Position numbers and translations under genes: made by a program. 64,000 nucleotides of DNA from positions 1 to 64,000 of IMG/VR virus record IMGVR_UViG_2513237361_000012, one strand, 5' to 3'. Each line of letters begins with the position of its first letter. Position 1 is the first letter of the stretch. The DNA comes from a virus (lineage: Duplodnaviria > Heunggongvirae > Uroviricota > Caudoviricetes). The notes beneath the pieces are model-generated. The model did no database searches. It saw only the letters and a list, made by a program, of their open reading frames with translations, and was not told where the DNA came from. This document shows positions 41,136 through 52,412 of this stretch, piece after piece.

Positions 41136-41327
41136 TTATCGTGAGTTTTTAGTACAGATTTTTTTGGATTTACTAATAGTTCCATCATTGCAAACGAATT
41201 TGCCATCAGAGGTACAGTGAGAAACACCTCCCTTTTTCCCTGAGCAGGGATAATTTCTAGCATAGGTAGCTAGTGGGTTTAATAACAAAGAACATGACAA
41301 AACCACAAAAAATACCTTACCAAGCAT
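41136..41327 (-). CDS. Small Cys-rich exported protein (hypothetical)
   Basis: 63 aa, hydrophobic signal-like N-terminus, 6 Cys; between int and cI. Confidence 0.3.
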   Translation of the reverse strand: MLGKVFFVVLSCSLLLNPLATYARNYPCSGKKGGVSHCTSDGKFVCNDGTISKSKKICTKNSR

Positions 41328-41342
41328 AATTTCCTCCCGGTA

Positions 41343-41918
41343 CTATTTAACATACTTGACTGTTAAACTTATAATTTTACCAATTATTTCAATGTCTTCT
41401 ATCTTGCATTCGAAGGCTCTGTTTCCACCCTCGACGAAGATTCTTCCACCGGGTAAACGAGTAATGTCACGGATCGTTATTTTGCCATCAATACTTATTA
41501 CCCATTTACCATCACGTATATCATCAAATTCCTTATCACAAATAAATTCAGAATTATTATCTGTGATTACAAAAAGATTCTTGAATGCCGACGGTAGAAA
41601 TTCTCTATCGAAAATATAAAAACCGTCTTCACACAAGGCCCCATCAGATAATACATATTTAGCAACTTCCATAGTATTTGTATTACCTGAAGTTTGCTTT
41701 GAACCATGCCCGGTTGTGAGCCAATTAAGCGAGGCGCCTGTTTCAAGGGCGCACTGGATTACCCATTCTGCTGGGAATGAGTCACGCATGTAGCGTGTGG
41801 CGAGTGTACTTTTAGAGATTCCTAAATGATCGCACAACGCCTGTCGAGTCTTGAATCCATAAGCTTCTACCATGCGCTCTATAGCGCCTCGTCCGCCTTT
41901 CTCCAAATTCATGGTCAC
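41343..41918 (-). CDS. cI: Immunity repressor CI (186 type)
   Basis: 191 aa with N-terminal HTH (QALCDHLGISKSTLATRY); position int-cI-apl-cII. Confidence 0.75.
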   Translation of the reverse strand: MTMNLEKGGRGAIERMVEAYGFKTRQALCDHLGISKSTLATRYMRDSFPAEWVIQCALETGASLNWLTTGHGSKQTSGNTNTMEVAKYVLSDGALCEDGFYIFDREFLPSAFKNLFVITDNNSEFICDKEFDDIRDGKWVISIDGKITIRDITRLPGGRIFVEGGNRAFECKIEDIEIIGKIISLTVKYVK

Positions 41919-42037
41919 TCCAAGTGAACTTTTATCTTGACGATTTCACCGTGCGATCGTATGTTTATGGTGTTCACAAAATACAAACGATCCGTATTCG
42001 TCCTGATTAATCATCATTAAACGAGGAATGTTGCATC
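41919..42037. promoter_or_regulatory. cI/apl switch region with candidate lytic promoter
   Basis: TTGACG-17 bp-TATGTT upstream of apl; intergenic region between divergent cI and apl. Confidence 0.4.
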
Positions 42038-42259
42038 ATGAGAACTAACATTTCAATCACTCTTACCACGCCTCATGTGACTATTGAACGCTATAGCGAG
42101 CTGACAGGGCTATCCATCGATACCATCAATGACATGTTGGCTGATGGACGCCTTATCCGTCACCGTCTGCGCAAAGATAAAAAACGCGAAAAAGTGATGA
42201 TCAACATAGCAGCAATGACCGTTGATGCGCTTTCAGAATGCAATCTAAACCTTAATTAG
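42038..42259 (+). CDS. apl: Apl/Cox-like excisionase-regulator
   Basis: 73 aa small basic protein in the apl position immediately upstream of cII. Confidence 0.55.
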   Translation: MRTNISITLTTPHVTIERYSELTGLSIDTINDMLADGRLIRHRLRKDKKREKVMINIAAMTVDALSECNLNLN

Positions 42260-42285
42260 TTCGATTCTGAAATACATCAGAGGCA

Positions 42286-42801
42286 TTGACCATGTTTGAT
42301 TACCAAGTTTCCAAACATCCACATTTTGATGAAGCCTGTCGTGCATTCGCATTGCGCCACAACCTGGTGCAACTGGCAGAACGTGCTGGCATGAATGTGC
42401 AGATTCTGCGGAACAAGCTGAACCCAGCTCAACCTCATTTATTAACCGCACCAGAAATCTGGCTGCTTACCGATCTGACTGAAGATTCAACGCTGGTAGA
42501 TGGTTTTCTGGCTCAGATTCACTGCCTGCCATGCGTACCGATTAATGAGGTTGCAAAAGAGAAACTGCCGCATTACGTCATGAGCGCAACTGCAGAGATC
42601 GGACGTGTTGCAGCAGGTGCGGTATCTGGTGATGTAAAAACTAGTGCCGGTCGTCGTGATGCTATCAGCAGCATTAACTCTGTAACACGACTGATGGCGC
42701 TGGCTGCTGTTTCATTGCAGGCCCGTTTACAGGCTAATCCTGCGATGGCGAGTGCAGTTGATACCGTGACTGGCCTCGGTGCTTCATTCGGTTTGCTGTG
42801 A
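42286..42801 (+). CDS. cII: CII lysogeny-establishment activator (186 type)
   Basis: High similarity to phage 186 CII over its whole length ([11 protein letters not shown]...SFGL) by recall. Confidence 0.85.
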   Translation: MTMFDYQVSKHPHFDEACRAFALRHNLVQLAERAGMNVQILRNKLNPAQPHLLTAPEIWLLTDLTEDSTLVDGFLAQIHCLPCVPINEVAKEKLPHYVMSATAEIGRVAAGAVSGDVKTSAGRRDAISSINSVTRLMALAAVSLQARLQANPAMASAVDTVTGLGASFGLL

Positions 42802-43009
42802 GGTGCTTATGCTGACGAAAGAACCATCATTTGCATCGCTGCTGGTAAAACAAAGCCCGGCAATGCACTACGGTCACGGCTGGATCATGGGTGAGGATGG
42901 TAAACGCTGGCATCCGTGCCGTTCACAAGATGAATTGCTGGCAGAACTATCTACGAAAAAACGGGGGAACAAATGGCTATTGAAGGCGCTGCGGCTACTG
43001 TTCCATTAA
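42779..43009 (+). CDS. Hypothetical early protein (fil position)
   Basis: 76-aa ORF following cII. Confidence 0.35.
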   Translation: MLHSVCCEVLMLTKEPSFASLLVKQSPAMHYGHGWIMGEDGKRWHPCRSQDELLAELSTKKRGNKWLLKALRLLFH

Positions 43010-43314
43010 GCCCCGGTGAACGCCTGAATGGACTTAATCACATAGCGGAATTAAGGGCGAAAGTTTTTGGCCTGAATATTGAGTCAGAGCTTGAGCGGTT
43101 TATTAAAGATATGCGTGATCCACGGGATATCAATAACGAACAAAATAAACGAGCACTGGCAGCCATATTCTTTATGGCAAAAATTCCGGCTGAACGTCAT
43201 AGCATCAGCATCAATGAGCTGACCACTGACGAAAAGCGGGAGTTGATTAAAGCAATGAATCATTTTCGTGCAGTGGTGAGCTTATTTCCCAGACGGCTAA
43301 CCATGCCGAATTAA
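42973..43314 (+). CDS. Hypothetical early protein
   Basis: 113-aa ORF in early operon. Confidence 0.4.
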   Translation: MAIEGAAATVPLSPGERLNGLNHIAELRAKVFGLNIESELERFIKDMRDPRDINNEQNKRALAAIFFMAKIPAERHSISINELTTDEKRELIKAMNHFRAVVSLFPRRLTMPN

Positions 43315-43375
43315 CCAACTAATGAAATTAATGGCGTAAACCCGCCGGGCATCCCTTTATCTAAATTCAGGAGAA

Positions 43376-43615
43376 TTGATTATGCGTAATATTGAAATCC
43401 TCACGACTAAAACCGGACCGGATGATGCAGGGCTTAATATTTTACTGACAGAGGCTCGTCTGGAAGAACGCCGGGCAAGGGCTGAAGCAATGGCAGCTCG
43501 CCTTGATAGCCTGGCGTGTCATATCTCATCCCGTCAGCTAAACCACGTGGAAGCGGCAGAACTGCTGCGTGTGGCTGCTGAAGCAATCCAGAACGAAGCG
43601 CAGGAGATCCACTAA
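43376..43615 (+). CDS. Hypothetical early protein
   Basis: 79-aa ORF with RBS (AGGAG) upstream. Confidence 0.45.
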   Translation: MIMRNIEILTTKTGPDDAGLNILLTEARLEERRARAEAMAARLDSLACHISSRQLNHVEAAELLRVAAEAIQNEAQEIH

Positions 43616-43842
43616 TGGCTGATGCAATGGATCTCGTACAGCAGCGCGTTGAAGAAGAACGCCAGCGCCATATCCGTGCTGCCCGTGCCAAAACACCGGG
43701 CGTGTCTCGCGTGCTTTGCATTGAGTGTGAAGCGCCAATTCCGCCAGCACGCCGCCGTGCCATTCCGGGTGTGCAGCTTTGCATTACCTGCCAGGAAATT
43801 GCAGAGCTGAAAGGCAAACATTACAACGGAGGTGCTGTATGA
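43615..43842 (+). CDS. TraR/DksA-family zinc-finger protein
   Basis: CIECEAPIP...CITCQ four-Cys motif; overlaps dam start by ATGA. Confidence 0.6.
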   Translation: MADAMDLVQQRVEEERQRHIRAARAKTPGVSRVLCIECEAPIPPARRRAIPGVQLCITCQEIAELKGKHYNGGAV

Positions 43843-44696
43843 GCACCATTCTGAAATGGGCGGGTAATAAAACCGCCATTATGTCCGAACTGAAAAAATA
43901 CCTTCCTGCTGGCCCGCGACTGGTTGAACCTTTCGCGGGTTCTTGTGCTGTGATGATAGAGACGGATTACCCCAGCTATCTTGTTGCGGATATTAATCCT
44001 GATTTAATCAACCTCTATAAAAAGGTTGCTGCTGATTGCGAGGCGTTTATATCTCGTGCCAGAGCTTTATTTGAGGAAGCAAACAGTGAGCTGGCTTATT
44101 ACAACATAAGGCAGGAGTTTAATTACTCAACTGAAATTACTGATTTCATGAAAGCGGTATATTTCCTGTATCTCAATCGTCACGGTTACCGTGGGTTATG
44201 TCGCTATAACAAGAGCGGGTATTTCAACATTCCCTACGGTAATTATAAAAATCCGTATTTCCCTGAAAAAGAAATTCGCGCATTTGCAGAGAAAGCCCAG
44301 CGATCAACGTTTATCTGCGCCAGCTTTGATGAAACGCTGGCGATGCTGCAGGTGGGGGATGTGGTGTATTGCGATCCGCCTTATGACGGTACGTTTTCCG
44401 GTTATCACACTGACGGCTTCACTGAAGATGACCAGTATCACCTGGCATCCGTTCTTGAACATCGGTCATCAGAAGGACATCCCGTCATTGTTTCTAACAG
44501 TGACACATCCCTGATCCGTTCGCTGTATCGCAATTTTACTCACCACTACATCAAGGCAAAACGCAGCATCAGTGTGGCAGCTGGTGATAGTAAATCTGCA
44601 ACAGAAATCATTGCTGTTTCCGGGGCGCGCTGCTGGGTGGGATTTGATCCTTCGCGTGGCGTAGATAGTTCTGCTGTGTACGAGGTGCGTGTATGA
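43839..44696 (+). CDS. dam: DNA adenine methyltransferase (Dam-like, N6-A MTase)
   Basis: N-terminal KWAGNK...PFAGS (SAM binding) and DPPY catalytic motif. Confidence 0.85.
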   Translation: MSTILKWAGNKTAIMSELKKYLPAGPRLVEPFAGSCAVMIETDYPSYLVADINPDLINLYKKVAADCEAFISRARALFEEANSELAYYNIRQEFNYSTEITDFMKAVYFLYLNRHGYRGLCRYNKSGYFNIPYGNYKNPYFPEKEIRAFAEKAQRSTFICASFDETLAMLQVGDVVYCDPPYDGTFSGYHTDGFTEDDQYHLASVLEHRSSEGHPVIVSNSDTSLIRSLYRNFTHHYIKAKRSISVAAGDSKSATEIIAVSGARCWVGFDPSRGVDSSAVYEVRV

Positions 44697-47107
44697 GTCA
44701 TGACGATATGAGCAACTCTAGCGGCTTTAACGAGGCCGCTGCATCATTTTCATGGAACGGCCCGAAAAAGGCCATTAACCCTTATCTGGACCCGGCGGAA
44801 GTTGCGCCGGAGTCTGCACTTTCAAACCTGATCACTCTGTATGTTGCCGATAACGAGCAGGAACAACTGCGCCGCGAGGCACTGAGTGAGCAGGTCTGGG
44901 AGCGTTATTTCTTTAATGAATCCCGTGATCCTGTCCAGCGCGAAATGGAGCAGGATAAGCTCATTAGCCGGGCAAAGCTGGCGCATGAGCAGCAGCGTTT
45001 TAATCCAGACATGGTCATTCTGGCTGACGTCAACGCCCAGCCTTCCCATATCAGCAAGCCGCTGATGCAACGTATTGAATACTTCAGCAGCTTGGGCAGG
45101 CCAAAGGCTTATTCCCGCTATTTGCGTGAGACGATTAAGCCATGTCTGGAACGACTGGAGCATGTACGCGACAGTCAGCTATCCACTTCTTTTCGCTTTA
45201 TGGCAAGCCATGAAGGGCTGGACGGCCTGCTGATCCTGCCTGAAATGAGTCAGGATCAGGTGAAACGCCTGTCTACCCTTGTCGCTGCGCATATGAGCAT
45301 GTGTCTTGATGCCGCTTGTGGTGATTTGTACGCCACCGATGATGTTAAGCCAGAAGAAATCCGCAAGACATGGGAAAAGGTGGCAGCGGAAACCCTACGT
45401 TTGGATGTCATCCCGCCTGCGTTTGAGCAACTCCGTCGGAAAAGAAACCGCCGTAAACCAGTGCCCTATGAACTCATTCCGGGCTCGCTGGCGCGTATGC
45501 TGTGCGCCGACTGGTGGTATCGGAAATTGTGGAAGATGCGTTGCGAATGGCGGGAAGAGCAGTTGCGTGCTGTCTGCCTGGTCAGCAAAAAAGCATCTCC
45601 CTATGTCAGCTATGAAGCTGTGATGCATAAACGTGAGCAGCGCCGTAAGTCGCTGGAGTTTTTCCGTTCTCATGAACTGGTGAACGAAGACGGAGACGCG
45701 CTGGATATGGAAGATGTGGTAAACGCCAGCTGCAGCAACCCGGCGCATCGCCGCAATGAGATGATGGCCTGTGTTAAAGGTCTGGAGCTTATCGCGGAAA
45801 TGCGCGGTGACTGCGCCGTTTTCTACACCATTACCTGTCCGTCACGTTTCCATTCCACGCTCAATAACGGCAGACCCAACCCGACCTGGAAAAACGCGAC
45901 GGTAAGACAAAGCAGCGATTATCTGGTCGGTATGTTTGCTGCATTTCGTAAGGCGATGCACAAAGCCGGGTTGCGCTGGTATGGCGTGCGGGTGGCTGAG
46001 CCGCATCACGACGGCACAGTTCACTGGCACCTGTTGTGTTTCATGCGCAAAAAAGACCGCCGCGCCATTACTGCATTGTTGCGTAAGTTTGCTATCCGTG
46101 AAGACCGCGAGGAGCTGGGCAATAACACGGGGCCGCGCTTTAAGTCTGAGCTGATTAACCCGCGCAAAGGAACGCCGACAAGCTACATAGCGAAATACAT
46201 CAGTAAGAACATTGACGGGCGTGGTCTGGCTGGCGAGATCAGCAAGGAAACGGGTAAATCTCTTCGTGATAACGCTGAATACGTGAATGCCTGGGCGTCT
46301 TTGCATCGTGTTCAGCAATTCCGCTTCTTTGGTATTCCGGGGCGTCAGGCTTACCGTGAACTGCGATTGCTGGCTGGTCAGGCGGCAAGGCAGCAGGGTG
46401 ACAAAAAAGCAGGTGTGCCGGTACTGGATAACCCGCGCCTTGATGCCATTCTGGCTGCTGCTGATGCTGGTTGTTTTGCCACCTATATCATGAAGCAGGG
46501 AGGTGTACTGGTTCCCCGTAAATATCACCTCATCAGAACCGCTTATGAAATTAACGAAGAGCCGACCGCCTATGGCGATCACGGTATTCGTATTTATGGC
46601 ATCTGGTCACCCATTGCAGAGGGCAAGATCTGCACTCATGCAGTGAAGTGGAAAATGGTTCGTAAGGCCGTTGACGTTCAGGAGGCGGCAGCCGACCAGG
46701 GCGCTTGTGCCCCTTGGACTCGTGGCAATAACTGTCCCCTTGCTGAAAATTTGTACCAACAGGAGAAAGATAAATCAGCTGATGGGGACACCAGAACAGA
46801 CATTACCCGCATGGATGACAAGGAGTTGCACGATTACCTGCACAGTATGAGCAAAAAAGAGCTCCGGGAACTGGCAGCAAGGTTACGCCTGGTTAAGCCG
46901 AAACGGCGTAAAGACTACAAACAGCGAATTACAGATCATCAGCGACAGCAGCTCGTCTATGAACTGAAGTCCAGAGGATTTGATGGCAGCGAGAAAGAGG
47001 TCGATTTACTCCTTCGCGGTGGCAGTATTCCGTCAGGAACAGGCCTGCGTATCTTCTATCGGAACCAGCGTTTGCAGGAAGATGATAAGTGGCGGAACCT
47101 GTATTAA
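44693..47107 (+). CDS. A: Replication initiation endonuclease A (P2/186 gpA family)
   Basis: 804 aa, rolling-circle initiator-like, canonical position after early genes. Confidence 0.8.
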   Translation: MSHDDMSNSSGFNEAAASFSWNGPKKAINPYLDPAEVAPESALSNLITLYVADNEQEQLRREALSEQVWERYFFNESRDPVQREMEQDKLISRAKLAHEQQRFNPDMVILADVNAQPSHISKPLMQRIEYFSSLGRPKAYSRYLRETIKPCLERLEHVRDSQLSTSFRFMASHEGLDGLLILPEMSQDQVKRLSTLVAAHMSMCLDAACGDLYATDDVKPEEIRKTWEKVAAETLRLDVIPPAFEQLRRKRNRRKPVPYELIPGSLARMLCADWWYRKLWKMRCEWREEQLRAVCLVSKKASPYVSYEAVMHKREQRRKSLEFFRSHELVNEDGDALDMEDVVNASCSNPAHRRNEMMACVKGLELIAEMRGDCAVFYTITCPSRFHSTLNNGRPNPTWKNATVRQSSDYLVGMFAAFRKAMHKAGLRWYGVRVAEPHHDGTVHWHLLCFMRKKDRRAITALLRKFAIREDREELGNNTGPRFKSELINPRKGTPTSYIAKYISKNIDGRGLAGEISKETGKSLRDNAEYVNAWASLHRVQQFRFFGIPGRQAYRELRLLAGQAARQQGDKKAGVPVLDNPRLDAILAAADAGCFATYIMKQGGVLVPRKYHLIRTAYEINEEPTAYGDHGIRIYGIWSPIAEGKICTHAVKWKMVRKAVDVQEAAADQGACAPWTRGNNCPLAENLYQQEKDKSADGDTRTDITRMDDKELHDYLHSMSKKELRELAARLRLVKPKRRKDYKQRITDHQRQQLVYELKSRGFDGSEKEVDLLLRGGSIPSGTGLRIFYRNQRLQEDDKWRNLY

Positions 47108-47199
47108 TTACGCGGGTTAACAATTCGTGCTCTTAATAATACCAGGCATATCAGGCTGATGAACGTAAAAAAACGTTTTACATCAGTAAGATTATTATA

Positions 47200-47219
47200 T
47201 ACTGTAAATATAAACAGTG
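47200..47219. promoter_or_regulatory. LexA (SOS) box
   Basis: TACTGTAAATATAAACAGTG fits CTGT-N8-ACAG consensus; upstream of DinI/Tum-like gene. Confidence 0.65.
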
Positions 47220-47388
47220 GATATGCATACAGTATTGCTTGTGGTGTCATAGGAGGAAAAATGCAGGACTATTTTTTGGAGTCTTTGAAGCTCCAGCGCA
47301 TTGATTTTTTTTCTTAAGCTTGTAGCGGCTAGTGAGTGTAGTGATGAAGAGAAGGGGCTGGCTTTGCAGTGGGTTTCTGAATTGACTG

Positions 47389-47682
47389 ATGAACTCATGG
47401 CAAAAATCAGAACCCACGAATACAACCGCTCAATGGATGTCATCAGTTGAGGTGACTTTTATGCGCATTGAAATAATGATCGATAAAGAGCAGAAGATTA
47501 GCCAGTCTATCCTGGACGCCCTTGAATCCGAGCTTTACCGCAATTTGCGCCCCCTGTATCCAAAAACGGTAATTCGTATCCGCAAAGGTAGCTCTAACGG
47601 TGTGGAACTGACCGGACTGCAACTGGACGAAAGAAAGGAAGCAAGTGATGAAAATTATGCAGAAGGTGTGGGAAGACGATAG
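47389..47682 (+). CDS. DinI-family protein (Tum-like SOS-inducible factor); start may be at 47461
   Basis: C-terminal about 74 aa (MRIEIMIDKEQ...) resemble DinI family; LexA box upstream as for 186 tum. Confidence 0.55.
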   Translation: MNSWQKSEPTNTTAQWMSSVEVTFMRIEIMIDKEQKISQSILDALESELYRNLRPLYPKTVIRIRKGSSNGVELTGLQLDERKEASDENYAEGVGRR

Positions 47683-47870
47683 CTGGCTGCATTAAGAAAC
47701 GTTGCCCCCAGTAGGGTTCATTCTGATGGGGGCTAGTTTGAGCAACGAGTGAAACGAGGCGTTAGGTGGGAGGCCATTTTGATAAGTTATCACCCACTTT
47801 ATACCAATAACAGAACTGCGTAATAACTATTTACCTCGGGGGGGAGATGTGAGCCATACAAATTTCAGTA

Positions 47871-48929
47871 TTAATTTTCAATTCCCTCCATTTTACAATG
47901 AGTTTTTTCCCAGAACTGTAATACAACAGGACTAGCCCACTCTGGCATCAGTGCGTTATTTAAAAAACTGAAAACATCATGAGACGCATCAGCATTTTTT
48001 CTAAGGAATTTCCAGCCTTTTCTAGTATTTATCTCAACAATACCTAACCCACCATCATCAAACATATGCATCTTGAATTCAGGATTGTTTACACCTAGAG
48101 ATTTTATTTCTTTTATGTATGGACTATCTTCATCCATAAATATTTTCTCTATGTGCTTAGCACAATGATATATTTTATTTCGATAAGTTGATACGCTCAC
48201 AGCGGTACGCGCTGTTGTTATTCCCATTCCTAATGGGGCATATGCTTTTCCATCCATCACTACGGGCAGATTTATTCCATTTTTTCTTAAGTTTGCAATA
48301 TCTGAATCTGTAGTTGGATGAATACAAGCTAAGCCTGAAATACCTTTCATTTCAAATATTTCTGCTGCTTCTGGCCAGTTGCGTATGAATGTTTCTACCA
48401 AATCTCTTTGAGAAAAAAGATTTGGTTCTATGTTTTTATCATGATGTTTTATATCAATAAAAAGCACAGCGTTTGAGTACACCTTCAGGAATAATACCCA
48501 CTCAGCACGATCTGAGTATTTTTTACTTGAACTTACTGGATTTAATGGCAGATGGAGGTGATGAATCCCCCAATCAGCCCATAGGTTATCCGTTCTTTTC
48601 GTCGCCTTTTTACCGCTTGTGTCATTGAATAATGTTAATGTTTTACTCTGATAAGGATTTACATCACCACCAGTAGTAAACAACATCTCGATTCTCTGCA
48701 ATCCAACCCTTGCGCCATCGTGAATATTTTCAGGAAATCGATCTGATTTTAAAATTATTCGTTTTTGTGGAACAATGTAGCGTAAAAGAAAATCACACCA
48801 CCTCAGTAGAGGATCGTGAAGATTTGAGTGCCCGGATTCATCATATAATAACCCAAATGCTTGAATTCCCTTCTCTGAAATTTCGTCAATATCTTTGATT
48901 AGATTAATATTTTTTCGTGCGTCCAACAT
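47871..48929 (-). CDS. Hypothetical 352-aa protein, accessory cargo
   Basis: Long uninterrupted AT-rich ORF between tum-like gene and cos/retron; no family recognised by eye. Confidence 0.6.
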   Translation of the reverse strand: MLDARKNINLIKDIDEISEKGIQAFGLLYDESGHSNLHDPLLRWCDFLLRYIVPQKRIILKSDRFPENIHDGARVGLQRIEMLFTTGGDVNPYQSKTLTLFNDTSGKKATKRTDNLWADWGIHHLHLPLNPVSSSKKYSDRAEWVLFLKVYSNAVLFIDIKHHDKNIEPNLFSQRDLVETFIRNWPEAAEIFEMKGISGLACIHPTTDSDIANLRKNGINLPVVMDGKAYAPLGMGITTARTAVSVSTYRNKIYHCAKHIEKIFMDEDSPYIKEIKSLGVNNPEFKMHMFDDGGLGIVEINTRKGWKFLRKNADASHDVFSFLNNALMPEWASPVVLQFWEKTHCKMEGIEN

Positions 48930-49323
48930 ACTAACTCCGTTTAAATATAATTTTTTAGTATTTCAGTTAATTAATATCTATACGCCGTTATAGCTGAATT
49001 TTCCGGTGATTTCAGGGCACATTAACCAATTTAGATAATACTATAGTAATGGTTGGGCTGATTTTTCAAGAACAAAAGTAATTTTCAAGCTTTGTAACAT
49101 GTTGATTTTCCACTTTTCGCTCAAGCGAGCTTTCATCTTTGCAAGCCCATATGTTCGTTTTTCAAGCGATTATTCAGATACGTTAACTTCCCATGGCAGT
49201 GCATGACTATGCTGCATGAAATCGCATGATCGATCGAGGATCGTCTATGCTTAGACCAGCCAGAAATGGCGGGCTTTTGCTCATGTCATGCAGCTGCATG
49301 AAAACCACTGCATAAAGTGGGCA

Positions 49324-49342
49324 GGCGTGGCGGGGATACGAG
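49324..49342. other. cos-like cohesive-end site
   Basis: GGCGTGGCGGGGA matches the first 13 nt of the 186/P2 cos sequence as I recall it; position between A-side genes and Q. Confidence 0.4.
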
Positions 49343-49412
49343 GGCGCGCTATCACGTAAAATAGGCAAAATACTTCTGGAAAACAGAAAGTTGAAGTGAT
49401 ATGTTCATAAAC

Positions 49413-51342
<1,930 letters not shown>

Positions 51343-51383
51343 TGAACAGCCCTAACGTTATGAACGCTAAGGCTGATTTTTCG

Positions 51384-52412
51384 TTAAAATTTATATGGTT
51401 TGAATTGTAATATATTATCTTCAAGCCATTTATTTAATTCCTGCATCCTTTTCTGTAAGGGTATTAATTCGTTCCTCACAAACACTAAACTCGCTTTTTC
51501 CACATCCCCAAACCCCCCGACATTATTTGGCATAATCCCCATCATTTGCGGCGGCACACGATGTGCTGCCATCATGTCATCCCGACTCACGTTCTTGATA
51601 TTCAAAAACTCATCCTTCGCTGCGACCTCTGACAACGGGATAATCTGAAGTCCGTCCTTTTTGCCGTTAGGCGAGTACATAAACAGATTGCGGAAGTTGC
51701 CAGGGCCTTTGGCGCTTTTCATCGCATTGCGGAGGTTGTTCACATCCTCCTGGTTCTGCGCTGCATCGGTCATGTACATGATGAAGCCTGCATGACTGCC
51801 GTTAATGTAATACTTGCGGCGGAACAGCGTGGCGGACTCGTTGAGCAGAGCTGACGGAATGGCAGAAAGATAACCGGGCAGGCCGTAGATCTCCTGGTTG
51901 ATGTCCGGTTCCATCAGATGAAAAATGTTGCCTTTCGTGAACTGATACGGCTGCGTAGTCATGCCGTATTGCACAAACCAGTAGGTATCCAGGTCTAACC
52001 CGCGTCGGGTGTATTTTGCCAGTGCAGGCTCAAGGGCGATAACTTCACCGAAGCGGTTCGTGCGTTTCTCCAGGTAGGCGTTACCAAAAACCAGATAGTC
52101 CTGTACAAAACGCGAAAAAGCCTGCTGGCTGAGCAGCGGGTGAGGGATGTAGGTGCTGGTCAGAATGTTGCACTTCACTGCAATCGGTGAGCTGTGATGC
52201 ACGGCGGCGCGGAAGGTTCGCGCCAGTCCGTCGAAACTCACAGGCGGCTCATACCAACGATCCATCTGTACGCATTCCACATAGTCCAGCAGTTCGCGGC
52301 GGTCCAGAACAGGAACGGGATCACCGAAGCTGAATGCTTCGGCTGAAGTCTGGCTTTTATGCTGGCTCTGTTTCGTCGACGCAGCGCGGTTCTTCTTACT
52401 CTTTCCCATCAA
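51384..52412 (-). CDS. Q: Portal protein (P2 gpQ-like)
   Basis: 342 aa, position and orientation as P2 Q next to terminase P. Confidence 0.85.
   Translation of the reverse strand: MMGKSKKNRAASTKQSQHKSQTSAEAFSFGDPVPVLDRRELLDYVECVQMDRWYEPPVSFDGLARTFRAAVHHSSPIAVKCNILTSTYIPHPLLSQQAFSRFVQDYLVFGNAYLEKRTNRFGEVIALEPALAKYTRRGLDLDTYWFVQYGMTTQPYQFTKGNIFHLMEPDINQEIYGLPGYLSAIPSALLNESATLFRRKYYINGSHAGFIMYMTDAAQNQEDVNNLRNAMKSAKGPGNFRNLFMYSPNGKKDGLQIIPLSEVAAKDEFLNIKNVSRDDMMAAHRVPPQMMGIMPNNVGGFGDVEKASLVFVRNELIPLQKRMQELNKWLEDNILQFKPYKF

Noticed and set aside
47195-47443. 82-aa minus-strand ORF overlapping the LexA box region
   Set aside because: No RBS, overlaps the regulatory region and the start of the DinI-like gene on the other strand; likely spurious
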